From positions 11,007-75,006 of the forward strand of contig JBHPMF010000001.1 of NCBI GenBank assembly GCA_042563375.1: a stretch of 64,000 nt of DNA. The letters run 5' to 3'. The notes under the pieces are model-generated. The model saw only the letters and a list, made by a program, of their open reading frames with translations, searched no databases and was not told where the DNA came from. Shown piece after piece: positions 1 through 9,890 of the stretch; positions within the stretch are counted from its first letter, which is position 1; each line of letters starts with the position of its first letter. Source of the stretch: Elusimicrobiota bacterium (GTDB taxonomy: Bacteria; Elusimicrobiota; Elusimicrobia; JACQPE01). The position numbers and the translations under genes were made by a program.

Positions 1-1567
1 TGTGTATTTATTGGGTTGCACCTCTTCAAAGGCTTCAATGTAATTCTGATCAAGAACGATCAGGTTGTTATGCGGATCAAGCATGAAGTCAGTCGGATTA
101 ATGAATGAACCCAGAGCGCCTTTTTCCTTTGTTTTGCCCTGCGCTATGATCGAGAGGTATTTGCCCTTACTGTCGAGTATCCATATCCCAGGAATGCCTG
201 AATCAAGGACGAATAGCCTGTCTTTTTCCTTGTTGTAATGGATCTTAGACAGCTTTGTGAAGGTGTTGGGCGCAATGCTTTTGCCGGTGTTGGGGCCATA
301 GCTTGCAAGGTAGATACCCTGTTCAGTGTATGTATGTATCTGTTTTAAATCCATGACATAGAGCTTCTCATTCGCGTATATAAGATCACGGGGGTTCTTT
401 ACGGCTGATTTCTTGAAGCTGACTGTGGCGTTTAATTTTAGAGTTTTGCGCTCAAGTATCAGCATTTCCTTTCTGCTTAAGATATAAAGGAATTTTCCCT
501 TGCTGTCTGAGGTTATTGAGATAATCTTTGAAGGCGCCACAGGCTTGCCTTTCTGATTCTTCACTGTTCCAAGCTGTGAGATGCTGCCTTCATTGTTCAT
601 AATGTATATGCCGGCTTTTTTGCCTTTGTTTACCAGAACGAACATGTTTCCGGATTTTTGCGCATCCTGCTTGATCACAGCCGGGTCTGTGAAAAACGGG
701 GTCTTTTTCCCCTTGTCAAACGACCATTTGGAGAATTTGCTTGGGCTTGAAAAAATAATTTTATCCTTGTTCTCAACCTCAAAACTCTGGATCCTGCGGT
801 TCTTGGCATCCAATACCCATAGATTCTGATCATTATCGATCGCAATATCGCATGGGAAATTGAATTCTCCGCGGTTTTTGCCTTTTCTGCCGAAATTCCC
901 CTTGGTTTTAAGTTTCGGAGACATCTCGATTATGCTGCTCTTTGCAGTGCCTGCGTAAAGCCACATGTAATTATCAAGGGCAATGGAAATAATGCCTTTT
1001 GCCTCTACGCCGCCCAGTTTGCGTCCGCGTTCATTGACGACAATGATGGTATTGCCTCCGAGGATGGCAATCGAGTCTGAATGCCTGTTGATCGATATCT
1101 TGCTGTTCTTAGGGTATTTCCCGAATGAATATTGGGGCTGGCCTGTGGCGGTCAGCAGATTAAGAGCCCCGTTAAAAAACCATATTCTTCCCACGCTGTC
1201 CAGATCAAAATCACTTGCCTGCTTTGTCTTGGTGAGCAAGCGCCATTTATTGTTTTTATGGGGCTTAAGCCATATTTCACCCTGCTTGTTGAGCGCGAGC
1301 AGGTTTCCCATGCCGTCAATCCGCATTCTGAGCACCTGCTTAAAAGGCACATAGAGCTCATTCCATTTTTTCTCCTCTATATCATAGTGCCAGGCTTTTT
1401 TAGAGCTTGCCACATAAACAATCTTGTTTTTGCTGTCAGCGGCCAGGATGCTGGGATAGCCTTTTTTTCCGGGCATTTTTATTTCTTCAATAAGTTTAAT
1501 GTTTTCAAAAGCATGAGAATTGGATAATGCGAAAACAGCAAGGCAGCCAATGATTACTTTTTTCATA
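1..1567 (-). CDS. NHL-repeat six-bladed beta-propeller protein with N-terminal signal peptide. Partial: the start (ATG at 1567-1565) is inside the window and the C-terminus runs off the window start.
   Basis: Manual minus-strand translation gives MKKVIIGCLAVFALSNSHA... followed by repeated G.F..P.DIAID.D.N.WV.D..N.RIQ.F units typical of NHL repeats. The frame is open to position 1. The plus-strand ORFs listed at 581-1527 are antisense artefacts of this gene. Confidence 0.55.
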
Positions 1568-1647
1568 TCTTCCTCCGAATTAGTGTGGCGATGATTGCGT
1601 TCTTATATCTTAGCTAAATCTTTTGAGTCGTTAACCGGCTCATAAAT

Positions 1648-1680
1648 CACACTAGCGCCTTGCTAACAAGGCGCTAGTGT
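1648..1680 (-). terminator. Perfect 13-bp-stem palindrome (cacactagcgcctt gctaac aaggcgctagtgt) 27 nt downstream of the etfA stop. It is a terminator-like hairpin or a protein-binding palindrome in the promoter of the NHL gene.
   Basis: Inverted repeat read directly. Only a weak T-run follows on the minus strand. Confidence 0.35.
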
Positions 1681-1706
1681 ATCAGAAATTACCTCAGACC
1701 TGTATA

Positions 1707-2729
1707 TTATGACTTGCGCTTTTTAATTTCTTCAACAAGCAGCGGTATGAACTCATAGACATCAGCTTCTATGGAGTAATTAGCCATTTTCATCATGGGA
1801 CATTCCGGATCCTTGTTTATCGCGATGATGACATCTGATTGGCCCATTCCAGCTAAGTGCTGGATTTGTCCTGATATGCCGCATGCAACATATAGTTTCG
1901 GCTTAACTGTTCTGCCTGTGAGTCCTACCTGGTGGCGGTAAGGTATCCAGCCGAGATCAACCGCGGGCCTGCTGGCTCCCACAGCCGCTCCGATCTCTTT
2001 TGCCAGGGTTCCTATTATCTCAAAACCATTCGCTTTGCCCAGGCCTCTTCCTCCGGAGACTATCTTCTCAGCTGAGGAAAGATCAACAACCTCCCCTTCC
2101 TCGGGCACATATTTGACGAACTTTGACTGTACATTCCATTTGCTTGCGTCATATGTCGGCTTTTCGATCTTGCCCTGTTTCGGGCTTGTCTTTTGAGCCT
2201 TTGGATATGACATCGGCCGCACTGTCACCATTTCAGGTCGTGCTTTTTTGGATACAACAGTGGCCAGAATGCTTCCGCCGTACGCAGGCCTTGTGATATT
2301 GAGACTGCCGCCTTCTCCAACCGAGATTTCCGTGGCATCAGCCACGAGTCCGGTTTCAAGTGTTATGGCAAGCCTGCTGGCAAGGCTTCTTCCTATGATG
2401 GTCGCCGGAAACAGGATTTTGTTCGGCTTGGCACTGGCTGCGAGTTCTGCGATAGCCTGGCTATGAGTCTCGCCGCAAGTAAGGTTCTCGAACATCGCGT
2501 CATTAAAGACGTATACCATGTCAGCTCCGTATTCAAAGAAGCTGTTTGCCTCATTCTCAATGTTATTGCCCATAAGGATGACGCAGAGCTCTTCCTTGAG
2601 ATCATCCGCGAGTTTTCTGCCTATATGAAGAAGTTCATAGGTGGCTGGAATGATTTTGCCGTGTCTTTGCTCAACATAGCACCAGACACCCTTGTAAGAC
2701 GATGTGTCGATATTGGTTTCGTTTGGCAT
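1707..2729 (-). CDS. etfA: Electron transfer flavoprotein alpha subunit
   Basis: Translation has an EtfA-type N-terminal domain and the C-terminal FAD-binding region (VACGISGQIQHLAGM). It is translationally coupled to the upstream etfB (shared base at 2729). Confidence 0.9.
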   Translation of the reverse strand: MPNETNIDTSSYKGVWCYVEQRHGKIIPATYELLHIGRKLADDLKEELCVILMGNNIENEANSFFEYGADMVYVFNDAMFENLTCGETHSQAIAELAASAKPNKILFPATIIGRSLASRLAITLETGLVADATEISVGEGGSLNITRPAYGGSILATVVSKKARPEMVTVRPMSYPKAQKTSPKQGKIEKPTYDASKWNVQSKFVKYVPEEGEVVDLSSAEKIVSGGRGLGKANGFEIIGTLAKEIGAAVGASRPAVDLGWIPYRHQVGLTGRTVKPKLYVACGISGQIQHLAGMGQSDVIIAINKDPECPMMKMANYSIEADVYEFIPLLVEEIKKRKS

Positions 2730-3538
2730 TAGAGTACTTTCAACTCCTTTAGTTTATCAGCAAGAACCTTGGCTTTCTCGTTCGGATCAGCCCCGTCTAT
2801 CTTCATGCCGGCGCTGCGCGTTGGAGGCGCAAAATTCTTGACTACTGTTGTAGGGCTTCCCGCTACGCCGATCTTTGTCTTGTCGCAGGATAGTTCATCA
2901 GGAGTCCATCTGGTGATAACCGCTTTTTTCGCTGCCATTTTTCCTTTTAATGAAGGAAGCCTGGGCTCATTGATCTCCTTTACAACCGAGATAACAGACG
3001 GCAATTTCATCTCGATCACGTCGTATCCGTCTTCCATCATGCGATGTATGGTGATCGTTGAGTCAGCGAGAGCCTCTATCTTTTTAACGAATGACGAACT
3101 CGGCCACTTAAGCCAGGAAGCTATCTGCGGCCCAACTTGCCCTGTGTCGCTGTCGCTTGATTGCTTTCCGCAGATCACCAGGTCCACTTTATTGTCTTTG
3201 AGTTCCTTGATCTTGGCTATGGCTCGTGACAGGGCGTAGCTTGTGGAGTATGTGTCAGCGCCTTCATACGCATTATCACACAGGGAAAATGTCTGGTCGC
3301 ATCCGCGCGATATCGCGTCTTTTAGCGCGCCTTCAGCCTGAGGCGCTCCCATCGTCAATACGCCGACCCAGGAGCCAGGGTTTTTCTCCTTTATTCTGAC
3401 CGCTTCCTCAATTGCGTATTCATCAAACGGATTGAGCTGACCCGCATCTGCGTCTTTTTTTATGGCTCCGTTCGCGTCAATAGCAACATTGGTCGATGAA
3501 GGTGTTTGTTTAACGCATACAACTATATTGAATGGCAT
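2729..3538 (-). CDS. etfB: Electron transfer flavoprotein beta subunit
   Basis: MPFNIVVCVKQTP... matches the typical EtfB N-terminus. It sits directly downstream of the acyl-CoA dehydrogenase. Confidence 0.9.
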   Translation of the reverse strand: MPFNIVVCVKQTPSSTNVAIDANGAIKKDADAGQLNPFDEYAIEEAVRIKEKNPGSWVGVLTMGAPQAEGALKDAISRGCDQTFSLCDNAYEGADTYSTSYALSRAIAKIKELKDNKVDLVICGKQSSDSDTGQVGPQIASWLKWPSSSFVKKIEALADSTITIHRMMEDGYDVIEMKLPSVISVVKEINEPRLPSLKGKMAAKKAVITRWTPDELSCDKTKIGVAGSPTTVVKNFAPPTRSAGMKIDGADPNEKAKVLADKLKELKVL

Positions 3539-3544
3539 TTTAAC

Positions 3545-4801
3545 TTACACCCCCACCGGCACTTTCGCGTCTTTGGATGCTGTTTCCTTGATAAGCATCA
3601 TTGCGATCTCGTTTCTCTGCATCTGGCTTGTGCCCTCATATATCTGAGTGATCTTCGCGTCCCTCATGTATTTTTCCACCGGGAAGTCCCTCATATAACC
3701 TATCCCGCCGCAGATCTGCACGCAGTCAGTCGTGACCTTCATGGCTACATCAGCGCAGAAGAGTTTTACCATGGCTGAATATTTAGTGAGCCTGCCCGGA
3801 TTAAGAGCGCGCAGTTCCTCATACACGAGTTTGCCTGAAGTACGGCTTTTCGCAATGGATTCTTTCAGGAGCTTATCCATCATCTTATTGACCGCATACA
3901 TGAGCGTGCGCCCTGCTTCAATTTGAGCTGCGCAGTCAGCGAGCATGTGCTGTATGGCCTGGAAGCTGATGATAGGCTGTCCGAACTGCCTTCGCATCTT
4001 GGCGTATTCCATGGTTTCTTCCATGGCGCCGTGGGCAAGTCCGATAGCTTGCGCGCCTACGCCGATTCTTGAAAAATCAAATGTAGTCTGCGCTACGAAC
4101 AAACCTCTGCCTTCGCTCCACAGCCTGTTCGCCGCCGGGACTTTGCAATTATCAAAAATCAGTTCGTATGTGGGGCTTGCACGGATCCCCATCTTTGTTT
4201 CTTTTTTGCCCATTGTGAATCCGGGGGTCCCTTTTTCAACAACAAAAGCTGTTATTCCCCGGGCTCCTTTCTTTGGGTTGGCATTGGCGAACACTATATA
4301 TAGTTCAGCCACTTCTCCATTGGAAATGAATGTTTTCGTTCCATTGAGGGTATAGTGATCCCCATCCAGTTTTGCGGTTGTTTTTTGAGCTGTCGCGTCT
4401 GAGCCTGCTTCAGGCTCAGTGATAGCGAATGCTCCGAGTCTTTTTCCTGATGCAATGTCCGGTAACCACTTCTTTTTTTGTTCTTCATTGCCGAAAATAA
4501 GGATCGGTATGGCGCAAAGGCCGTTCGCTGCCACGCATAGCGCGACTCCGGCGCATGCCTTGGAAAGTTCTTCCACAACAAGGCAAAGCTCAGTGTTGGC
4601 TCCGCCCATTCCGCCATATTCCTCCGGAAGGTAGACGCCCATAAGGTCTGCCTGGCGCAGCTGTTCCACTACTTCCCATGGAAATGATTCATCCTCATCA
4701 TGTTTCATACGGACGGGTTTTATCTTTTTCTGGGCGAGTTCCCTCGATAAATTTATTATTTCCCGTTGTTCCTCTGTGAATTCAAGATCTAGAGATTGCA
4801 T
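3545..4801 (-). CDS. Acyl-CoA dehydrogenase (butyryl-CoA dehydrogenase-like)
   Basis: Acyl-CoA dehydrogenase family motifs (GGMGG..., YEGTSQ) and the classic ACAD-etfBA gene order. RBS aaggggga lies 8 nt upstream of the ATG. Confidence 0.9.
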   Translation of the reverse strand: MQSLDLEFTEEQREIINLSRELAQKKIKPVRMKHDEDESFPWEVVEQLRQADLMGVYLPEEYGGMGGANTELCLVVEELSKACAGVALCVAANGLCAIPILIFGNEEQKKKWLPDIASGKRLGAFAITEPEAGSDATAQKTTAKLDGDHYTLNGTKTFISNGEVAELYIVFANANPKKGARGITAFVVEKGTPGFTMGKKETKMGIRASPTYELIFDNCKVPAANRLWSEGRGLFVAQTTFDFSRIGVGAQAIGLAHGAMEETMEYAKMRRQFGQPIISFQAIQHMLADCAAQIEAGRTLMYAVNKMMDKLLKESIAKSRTSGKLVYEELRALNPGRLTKYSAMVKLFCADVAMKVTTDCVQICGGIGYMRDFPVEKYMRDAKITQIYEGTSQMQRNEIAMMLIKETASKDAKVPVGV

Positions 4802-4823
4802 AATTTAGTTCCCCCTTTTATTT

Positions 4824-4888
4824 GGATCCCGAATCAAGTTCGGGATGAATATGATACATCTCCGGTAGGGGATGCATTATATTCATTT
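4824..4888 (-). repeat. Copy 1 of a conserved ~65-bp double-hairpin element that begins at the TGA stop of rnc and ends ~20 nt before the ACAD ribosome-binding site
   Basis: Near-identical copies at 49823-49887 and 56267-56330. Two inverted repeats: gaatat(g/a)a..tctcc / ggggA..tatattc and atcccgaa / ttcgggat. Confidence 0.7.
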
Positions 4889-5614
4889 GGCTTGAGCCTG
4901 GCGCAAATAAGCCAGTGCTTCTTTTGCGCCGCTTTGCTCTGCTTCCTTCTTGTTCTTTCCTATGCCTCTTCCTAAAAATTTACCCCTGAATACAACATCA
5001 ACCTGGAATGTCTTCTCGTGTTCCGGTCCCCAGCTTTTGGTTAAGCGATATTCAGGGATGCTTTTGTACTTTTTCTGTATGATCTCCTGAAGGCGGCTTT
5101 TATAATCCCTGAGGATAAACCGTTTCTTCTTGCTTATCCATTTGTCGATTATCAACTCATGGCAGTGTTTGATGCCGCTGTCCAGGTAGATCGCCCCGAT
5201 TATCGCCTCAGCGCAGTCTGCTAAAATGCTCTCTTTTTCCCTGCCGGCATGCTCGAGTTTTCCATTCCCAGAGCCATCGTCAAAGAGAACGAATTCTTCG
5301 AGACTCAGGTATTTGGCCAAGTCAAGAAGACTTCTCTTTGAAACGAGCATAGACTTGAGCTTTGAAAGCCTCCCTTCGTCAGATGTCGGAAACCGTTCAT
5401 ACAAATGAGATGCTATCAGCATGTTAAACACGCTGTCTCCCAGGAATTCAAGCCTTTCATTTGAGAAGGGAAGGCGTTTCCTTTTAGCGTAGGAAGAATG
5501 CAACAGGGCAAGTTCAAGGTGTTTTGAATCCTTGAATGTTATGCCCAGCCTTTCTTCCAGGGCGTCAATGATTTGGGGCTGTACTGCTGATGTATCCACT
5601 TTGTCAGGACACAA
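4883..5614 (-). CDS. rnc: Ribonuclease III
   Basis: ERLEFLGDSV signature of the RNase III catalytic domain plus a C-terminal dsRBD. It lies downstream of acpP. Confidence 0.9.
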   Translation of the reverse strand: MCPDKVDTSAVQPQIIDALEERLGITFKDSKHLELALLHSSYAKRKRLPFSNERLEFLGDSVFNMLIASHLYERFPTSDEGRLSKLKSMLVSKRSLLDLAKYLSLEEFVLFDDGSGNGKLEHAGREKESILADCAEAIIGAIYLDSGIKHCHELIIDKWISKKKRFILRDYKSRLQEIIQKKYKSIPEYRLTKSWGPEHEKTFQVDVVFRGKFLGRGIGKNKKEAEQSGAKEALAYLRQAQAK

Positions 5615-5660
5615 CCCTACCTGATAGCTTTACGTAATCAGGCGGTGTTTTCGCTGAAAG

Positions 5661-5912
5661 TTACTTTTTTCCGTGTGCTTTGATGAATTCTATTGCTTGT
5701 CCGACGGTTTGGATCTTTTCAGCTTCTTCATCAGGAATCTCAGCGTTGAATTCCTCTTCAAGTGCCATAACGAGTTCCACTGTATCGAGGGAGTCAGCGC
5801 CCAGATCATTGACGAAATGTGCCGGTGGATTAACTTCTGATGCATCAACCCCAAGTTGTTCCACGATGATCTTCTTTACTCTTACTTCAATATCCTGTAC
5901 TGCTTCTGCCAT
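5661..5912 (-). CDS. acpP: Acyl carrier protein
   Basis: [20 protein letters not shown] motif with the phosphopantetheine-attachment serine. Confidence 0.92.
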   Translation of the reverse strand: MAEAVQDIEVRVKKIIVEQLGVDASEVNPPAHFVNDLGADSLDTVELVMALEEEFNAEIPDEEAEKIQTVGQAIEFIKAHGKK

Positions 5913-6002
5913 TTTGTTTCCTCCGTTTGTTAGCGTGTTTAAGCTATAAATTACCTTATCATCTTATAATTTAACTGTCAACTGTATTTATGCTAGCAAA
6001 TC

Positions 6003-6058
6003 CGCTTCTTATTCGCGTTCATTCGCGCGTCTTTTCATTCGCGTTAATTCGCGTATCC
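6003..6058. promoter_or_regulatory. Array of four direct ATTCGCG (CGCGAAT on the coding strand) repeats in the fabG-acpP intergenic region. Candidate operator or promoter array for acpP.
   Basis: ttattcgcgttcattcgcgcgtcttttcattcgcgttaattcgcgtatccgc, read directly. Confidence 0.3.
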
Positions 6059-6060
6059 GC

Positions 6061-6801
6061 TTACATATGCAGTCCGCCGTTTACTCCCAGAACCTGTCCA
6101 GTGATATAGCATGAATCATCACCGCTTAAAAACAGGCAGGCTTTGGCTATTTCCTCAGGCTCGCCAAAGCGCCCCAGTGGCGTTGTTGTCATGAAAGCTT
6201 GCTTTAACTTTTCCGGTAATACATCAGTCAGGCGTGTCCTGACAAATCCCGGCGCGATAGCATTGACCAAAACGTTGCGGCTTCCGACTTCTTTTGCCAG
6301 GGATTTTGTCATGGCTATGACTCCGCCCTTTGAAGCAGCGTAATTGGTTTGGCCGGCATTGCCCATAAGTCCGACAACGCTTGAGATATTGACTATCCTG
6401 CCGCCTCTTTGTTTCATCATGATGGGAGTGCAGGCTTTCAGGAAGTTGAATGTTCCCTTAAGATTGACGTCAATGACCATGTCCCAGTCTTTTTCAGTCA
6501 AGCGCATGATCAGGTTGTCTTTTGTTATGCCCGCGTTATTAATGAGGATGTCTACGCGGCCGAATGCTTCCTGAGTTTTTTTGGCTATGGCTTCGCATTC
6601 ACTTAAATTTGTGACATTGCAGCATGCTGTCATGACCCCGTCTGATCCCCCGCCTATTTCCTTGGCTGTGTTTGCGAGAGTCGCTTCGTCAAGGTCGCAA
6701 AGCATCAGTTTGGCCCCCTCTTCCTTGAAGAGTTTTGCCGTGGCTTTGCCTATGCCCTGAGCTCCTCCTGTTATGATCGCTACCTTATCTTTTAATCTCA
6801 T
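6061..6801 (-). CDS. fabG: 3-oxoacyl-[ACP] reductase
   Basis: Short-chain dehydrogenase/reductase with TGGAQGIGKA and the NAG...YAASK catalytic tetrad pattern. Position is between plsX and acpP. Confidence 0.9.
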   Translation of the reverse strand: MRLKDKVAIITGGAQGIGKATAKLFKEEGAKLMLCDLDEATLANTAKEIGGGSDGVMTACCNVTNLSECEAIAKKTQEAFGRVDILINNAGITKDNLIMRLTEKDWDMVIDVNLKGTFNFLKACTPIMMKQRGGRIVNISSVVGLMGNAGQTNYAASKGGVIAMTKSLAKEVGSRNVLVNAIAPGFVRTRLTDVLPEKLKQAFMTTTPLGRFGEPEEIAKACLFLSGDDSCYITGQVLGVNGGLHM

Positions 6802-6846
6802 TTATCATTCTCCTTTATACAGTTATACAACCTTAAAGAACCACAT

Positions 6847-7860
6847 TCATGTAATGATAGGATACTTTTCTTGCATTGCTTTGGCAAGGTTTTCCCTGCC
6901 CATATTAGCGCATAGTCTTATGGCATTGGTTATGGCGGTCGGAGTTGATTTTCCATGCGCGATCACCATATTCCCGCGGATCCCAAGCAATGGAGCGCCT
7001 CCTATATTCTCCCATGATACTTTTCGCTTGATTCTTTTTAAAGTGGGCAACAGGAGCAATACTCCGAGTTTGCCGAAAATATTAAGGTCATTTTTTATTG
7101 ATTTTGCTGTTTCAGCCAATAATCCTTCTCCGAGTTTGAGTATTATATTGCCAAGGAAACCATCGCAGACAACCACATCCATCTTGCCGCGAGCCAGGTC
7201 ATTGCCTTCGATCATTCCCTTGAAATCACTTTTAAGTGTTTTTAAAAGCGCGCTATGCGCGTCTTTAGCCCTGATATTGCCCTTGGTCCTCTCTTCGCCT
7301 ATGGAAAGAAGGCCCACTGAGGGTTTCTCTATTTTCAGAAGATGTTTGGCGTATAAGGATCCCATGATGCCGAAATGAGCGAGGTCTGCGGCGTCAGCGT
7401 CTACGGTTGCCCCGGCGTCAATAAGTATGGTAGCGCCTCTTGAGGTGGGCCATGGTATGGGTATTGCGACTTTTGAAGTATTTTGAGGGTAGGTGCCGAA
7501 CACTTCTCTTGACCAATAAACGCTTGCCGCGGTTGAACCCGCGCTTAACGCGGTATGCGCTGTGCTGTTCAATACGAGCTCAAGGGTTCTTTTGATCGTT
7601 GCGCTGCCTTTTTTGCGCGCCAGGGAGACAAAAGATTCCCCCATTCCAACGACTTGTTCGCAGTGTTCAATGGCAATGTTTAAATCCTGCCATGAAGGAT
7701 ATTTCTCGGTTAACGTTGATTCGAGTTTTTGTTTGTCTCCTACAAGGATTATCTTAAGTGCTTGATCTGCGCGCAGCGCATCCAGGCTCCCGGCGATCAA
7801 TGGCTTAAAGCCTGTGTCGCTTGCCATAGCATCAATTGCGACAGTGACTTTATCCGGCAT
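6847..7860 (-). CDS. plsX: Phosphate acyltransferase PlsX
   Basis: PlsX family protein (about 330 aa) located immediately downstream of rpmF. Confidence 0.85.
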   Translation of the reverse strand: MPDKVTVAIDAMASDTGFKPLIAGSLDALRADQALKIILVGDKQKLESTLTEKYPSWQDLNIAIEHCEQVVGMGESFVSLARKKGSATIKRTLELVLNSTAHTALSAGSTAASVYWSREVFGTYPQNTSKVAIPIPWPTSRGATILIDAGATVDADAADLAHFGIMGSLYAKHLLKIEKPSVGLLSIGEERTKGNIRAKDAHSALLKTLKSDFKGMIEGNDLARGKMDVVVCDGFLGNIILKLGEGLLAETAKSIKNDLNIFGKLGVLLLLPTLKRIKRKVSWENIGGAPLLGIRGNMVIAHGKSTPTAITNAIRLCANMGRENLAKAMQEKYPIIT

Positions 7861-7926
7861 GATCTTTAAAATATCCTTCGTCCGATGAAATCGTCCTTAA
7901 GGATGGATTTGCTGTTATCAGCAAAA

Positions 7927-8139
7927 TCACTTTGCCTGTTCTTTCTTCTTTTCTTTTTTGACCTTTGGCTGCATTACCATTCTTTTGCCATAAAAGCCGC
8001 ATACAAGACAGATCGTGTGCGGCAGTACGGGCTTCCCGCAATTACTGCATTTAGACAGGGTTGATGTTTTGCATTTCCAATTCGATGATCTGCGAGTGCC
8101 CGTCCTGTGTCTAGTGTGTTTCTTTTTTGGATTTGCCAT
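7927..8139 (-). CDS. rpmF: 50S ribosomal protein L32
   Basis: MANPKKKHTRHRTGTRR... with a CxxC...CxxC zinc ribbon. Part of the classical yceD-rpmF-plsX arrangement. Confidence 0.85.
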   Translation of the reverse strand: MANPKKKHTRHRTGTRRSSNWKCKTSTLSKCSNCGKPVLPHTICLVCGFYGKRMVMQPKVKKEKKKEQAK

Positions 8140-8611
8140 GTTCTAACTCCTTTTTCAACCTCTCCAGATTAGCAAATGGTTTGGCTGTTGGCGGATTACA
8201 TTTACAGGATACATTATTTAAATCGTTCCCGCAGTTTGAACACAAGTCTTTGCAGTCCGGTTTGCAAACCGGTTTTTCCGGCAGAGACAGTATTATCGCC
8301 TGGCGGACTTCATCACCTGCGTTTATCGTCTCCAGAGTGAGCGGGTATATTTCCTCGATCTGGCGCGAAAAAGACATTGCGAACTTTTTAAGGCAGCGCG
8401 AACAGCCTATATTGAAACTTCCTGATACTGTGCCGAGCATGAGAAAATCATCCTTGCCTATTGAGATCTCAATGGATACTTTTATCGGATACTCGATGCC
8501 TGCGTTTTCGCTCTTTAAGTCTTTGTCTATAGCGCCCGCATCATCGAGCTCGCTGTTGAAGGTAAGCCCCTTGTTTTCAAGAATCTCGTTGACGTTAAAT
8601 ATAAGAGTCAT
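8111..8611 (-). CDS. yceD: YceD/DUF177 family protein (large ribosomal RNA subunit accumulation protein)
   Basis: Size, conserved Cys pairs and position immediately upstream of rpmF. Confidence 0.7.
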   Translation of the reverse strand: MTLIFNVNEILENKGLTFNSELDDAGAIDKDLKSENAGIEYPIKVSIEISIGKDDFLMLGTVSGSFNIGCSRCLKKFAMSFSRQIEEIYPLTLETINAGDEVRQAIILSLPEKPVCKPDCKDLCSNCGNDLNNVSCKCNPPTAKPFANLERLKKELEHGKSKKETH

Positions 8612-9768
8612 AAAAAAAGCCGCTTGTATAACACTTCCTGGTCTTTGACCATCTTGTTTATATCAAATTCCGCGTCTATACTGGATGCCGCGCATTTGGA
8701 CATTTTATCCCGCAGCTGCGTGTCGCTTAAGATATCGCTTACATGCTTGGTGATGCTTTTAAGATCCGCGCAGTCCGATATGAATCCGTTTTGCCCGTGT
8801 ATAACCACTTCCTTGACCCCGTCTGTCGCGTAGGCGCATACGGGGATGCCGGCGCAAAGGGCTTCAAGGACGCTTCTGGGCAAGCCTTCCCAGAGGCTTG
8901 TGAGCACAAAAATATCCGCGGCTTTCAATAGGTCCGCGGTATCTTCTCTCCAGCCTAAATGCCTGGAATTTTCCGGGATATCACCCAGAATGTTGTTTTT
9001 ATCATCCCCGCCAACGAATAAGAACAGGGCGTCGGGAAGCTTGCTCTTGAGAGCTTGCGCTATATTGAAGAAATCTTTGGGATTTTTTTGTTTCTTAAGA
9101 TTTCCGATGGTCACGGCGATCTTGCGCGTGCTGTTGAAACCGAGCCTCTCGCGTATCGTATCCCTGGACTCGGATTTTTTGTATTTTGCTATATCAATTC
9201 CGCTTCGTATCAGTACCTGCTCTGCTTTTCCGGGGATACAATGTTCCTTGGCGATGCGGATATTTTCCTTTGATACATACACAAGCGCGGTTGTGATTTT
9301 GGCTGTGATCTTCTCGATCCATATCAAAAAATTTCTTAAAGGCCGTTTCTGTCTGTCATGAAAGCCGAATCCATGGAAAGTATGGATGATAACAGGAGTG
9401 CCTGCGAAATAGGCCGCCCAGCGTCCCAATATCCCGGCTTTGGAGGAGTGTGTGTGGATGATATGGGGTTTTAAGCGCCTGATAAGCAGGAATATCTCGA
9501 TAAAAGCCAATAAATCAGATAGCGGCCGGATTTCTCTTATCAGATGCTTCAGCCAGAACGTGGGGCAAGTCGATCTGAAATTTTCAGCTTTGCTGTCAAA
9601 ATAACCTCCTGCGCCGGAGGCAAGGACCGGCTCGAATCCTGTCCTGTCAAGATGGGTCACGGTGTGAAGCGTGTTCTGCTGCGCCCCCCCGAATTCAAGT
9701 TTTGTGATCAGGTGAAGAACCTTTATCATATAAAGTGTTAGACGTAAAACGTGAGACGTGAGAAGCAA
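8608..9768 (-). CDS. Glycosyltransferase family 4 (GT-B fold)
   Basis: GT4-like C-terminal domain (EGLPRSVLEALCAGIPV). First gene of the glycan locus. Confidence 0.8.
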   Translation of the reverse strand: MLLTSHVLRLTLYMIKVLHLITKLEFGGAQQNTLHTVTHLDRTGFEPVLASGAGGYFDSKAENFRSTCPTFWLKHLIREIRPLSDLLAFIEIFLLIRRLKPHIIHTHSSKAGILGRWAAYFAGTPVIIHTFHGFGFHDRQKRPLRNFLIWIEKITAKITTALVYVSKENIRIAKEHCIPGKAEQVLIRSGIDIAKYKKSESRDTIRERLGFNSTRKIAVTIGNLKKQKNPKDFFNIAQALKSKLPDALFLFVGGDDKNNILGDIPENSRHLGWREDTADLLKAADIFVLTSLWEGLPRSVLEALCAGIPVCAYATDGVKEVVIHGQNGFISDCADLKSITKHVSDILSDTQLRDKMSKCAASSIDAEFDINKMVKDQEVLYKRLFL

Positions 9769-9890
9769 GAAGCGTGAGACGCAAGACGTGAAACGTGAGA
9801 AGTGTGCCAGAAAACAGAATTCAGAATTTTTTTCTTGCTTTTTATTTTTAACATTTCACGTTTCACATCTCACGTCTTACGTCTCGCGTT
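9737..9890. repeat. Heptamer-periodic long hairpin, family 1 site A (GTGARAC/ACGTGAG units). The right arm overlaps the stop of the FAD oxidoreductase gene.
   Basis: Left arm 9737-9804, loop containing cagaaaacagaattcag, right arm 9852-9890. The stop (tca, rc TGA) at 9870-9872 is inside the arm. Confidence 0.75.

Noticed and set aside
581-1527. Three plus-strand ORFs of 82-131 aa
   Set aside because: Antisense to the long minus-strand NHL-repeat gene. No RBS or family resemblance.
4883-4888. SECIS-like reading of the TGA followed immediately by a conserved hairpin (family 2)
   Set aside because: In all copies the frame hits TAA two codons after the TGA (TGA-ATA-TAA), so nothing can be decoded downstream. 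Also no selenoprotein context.
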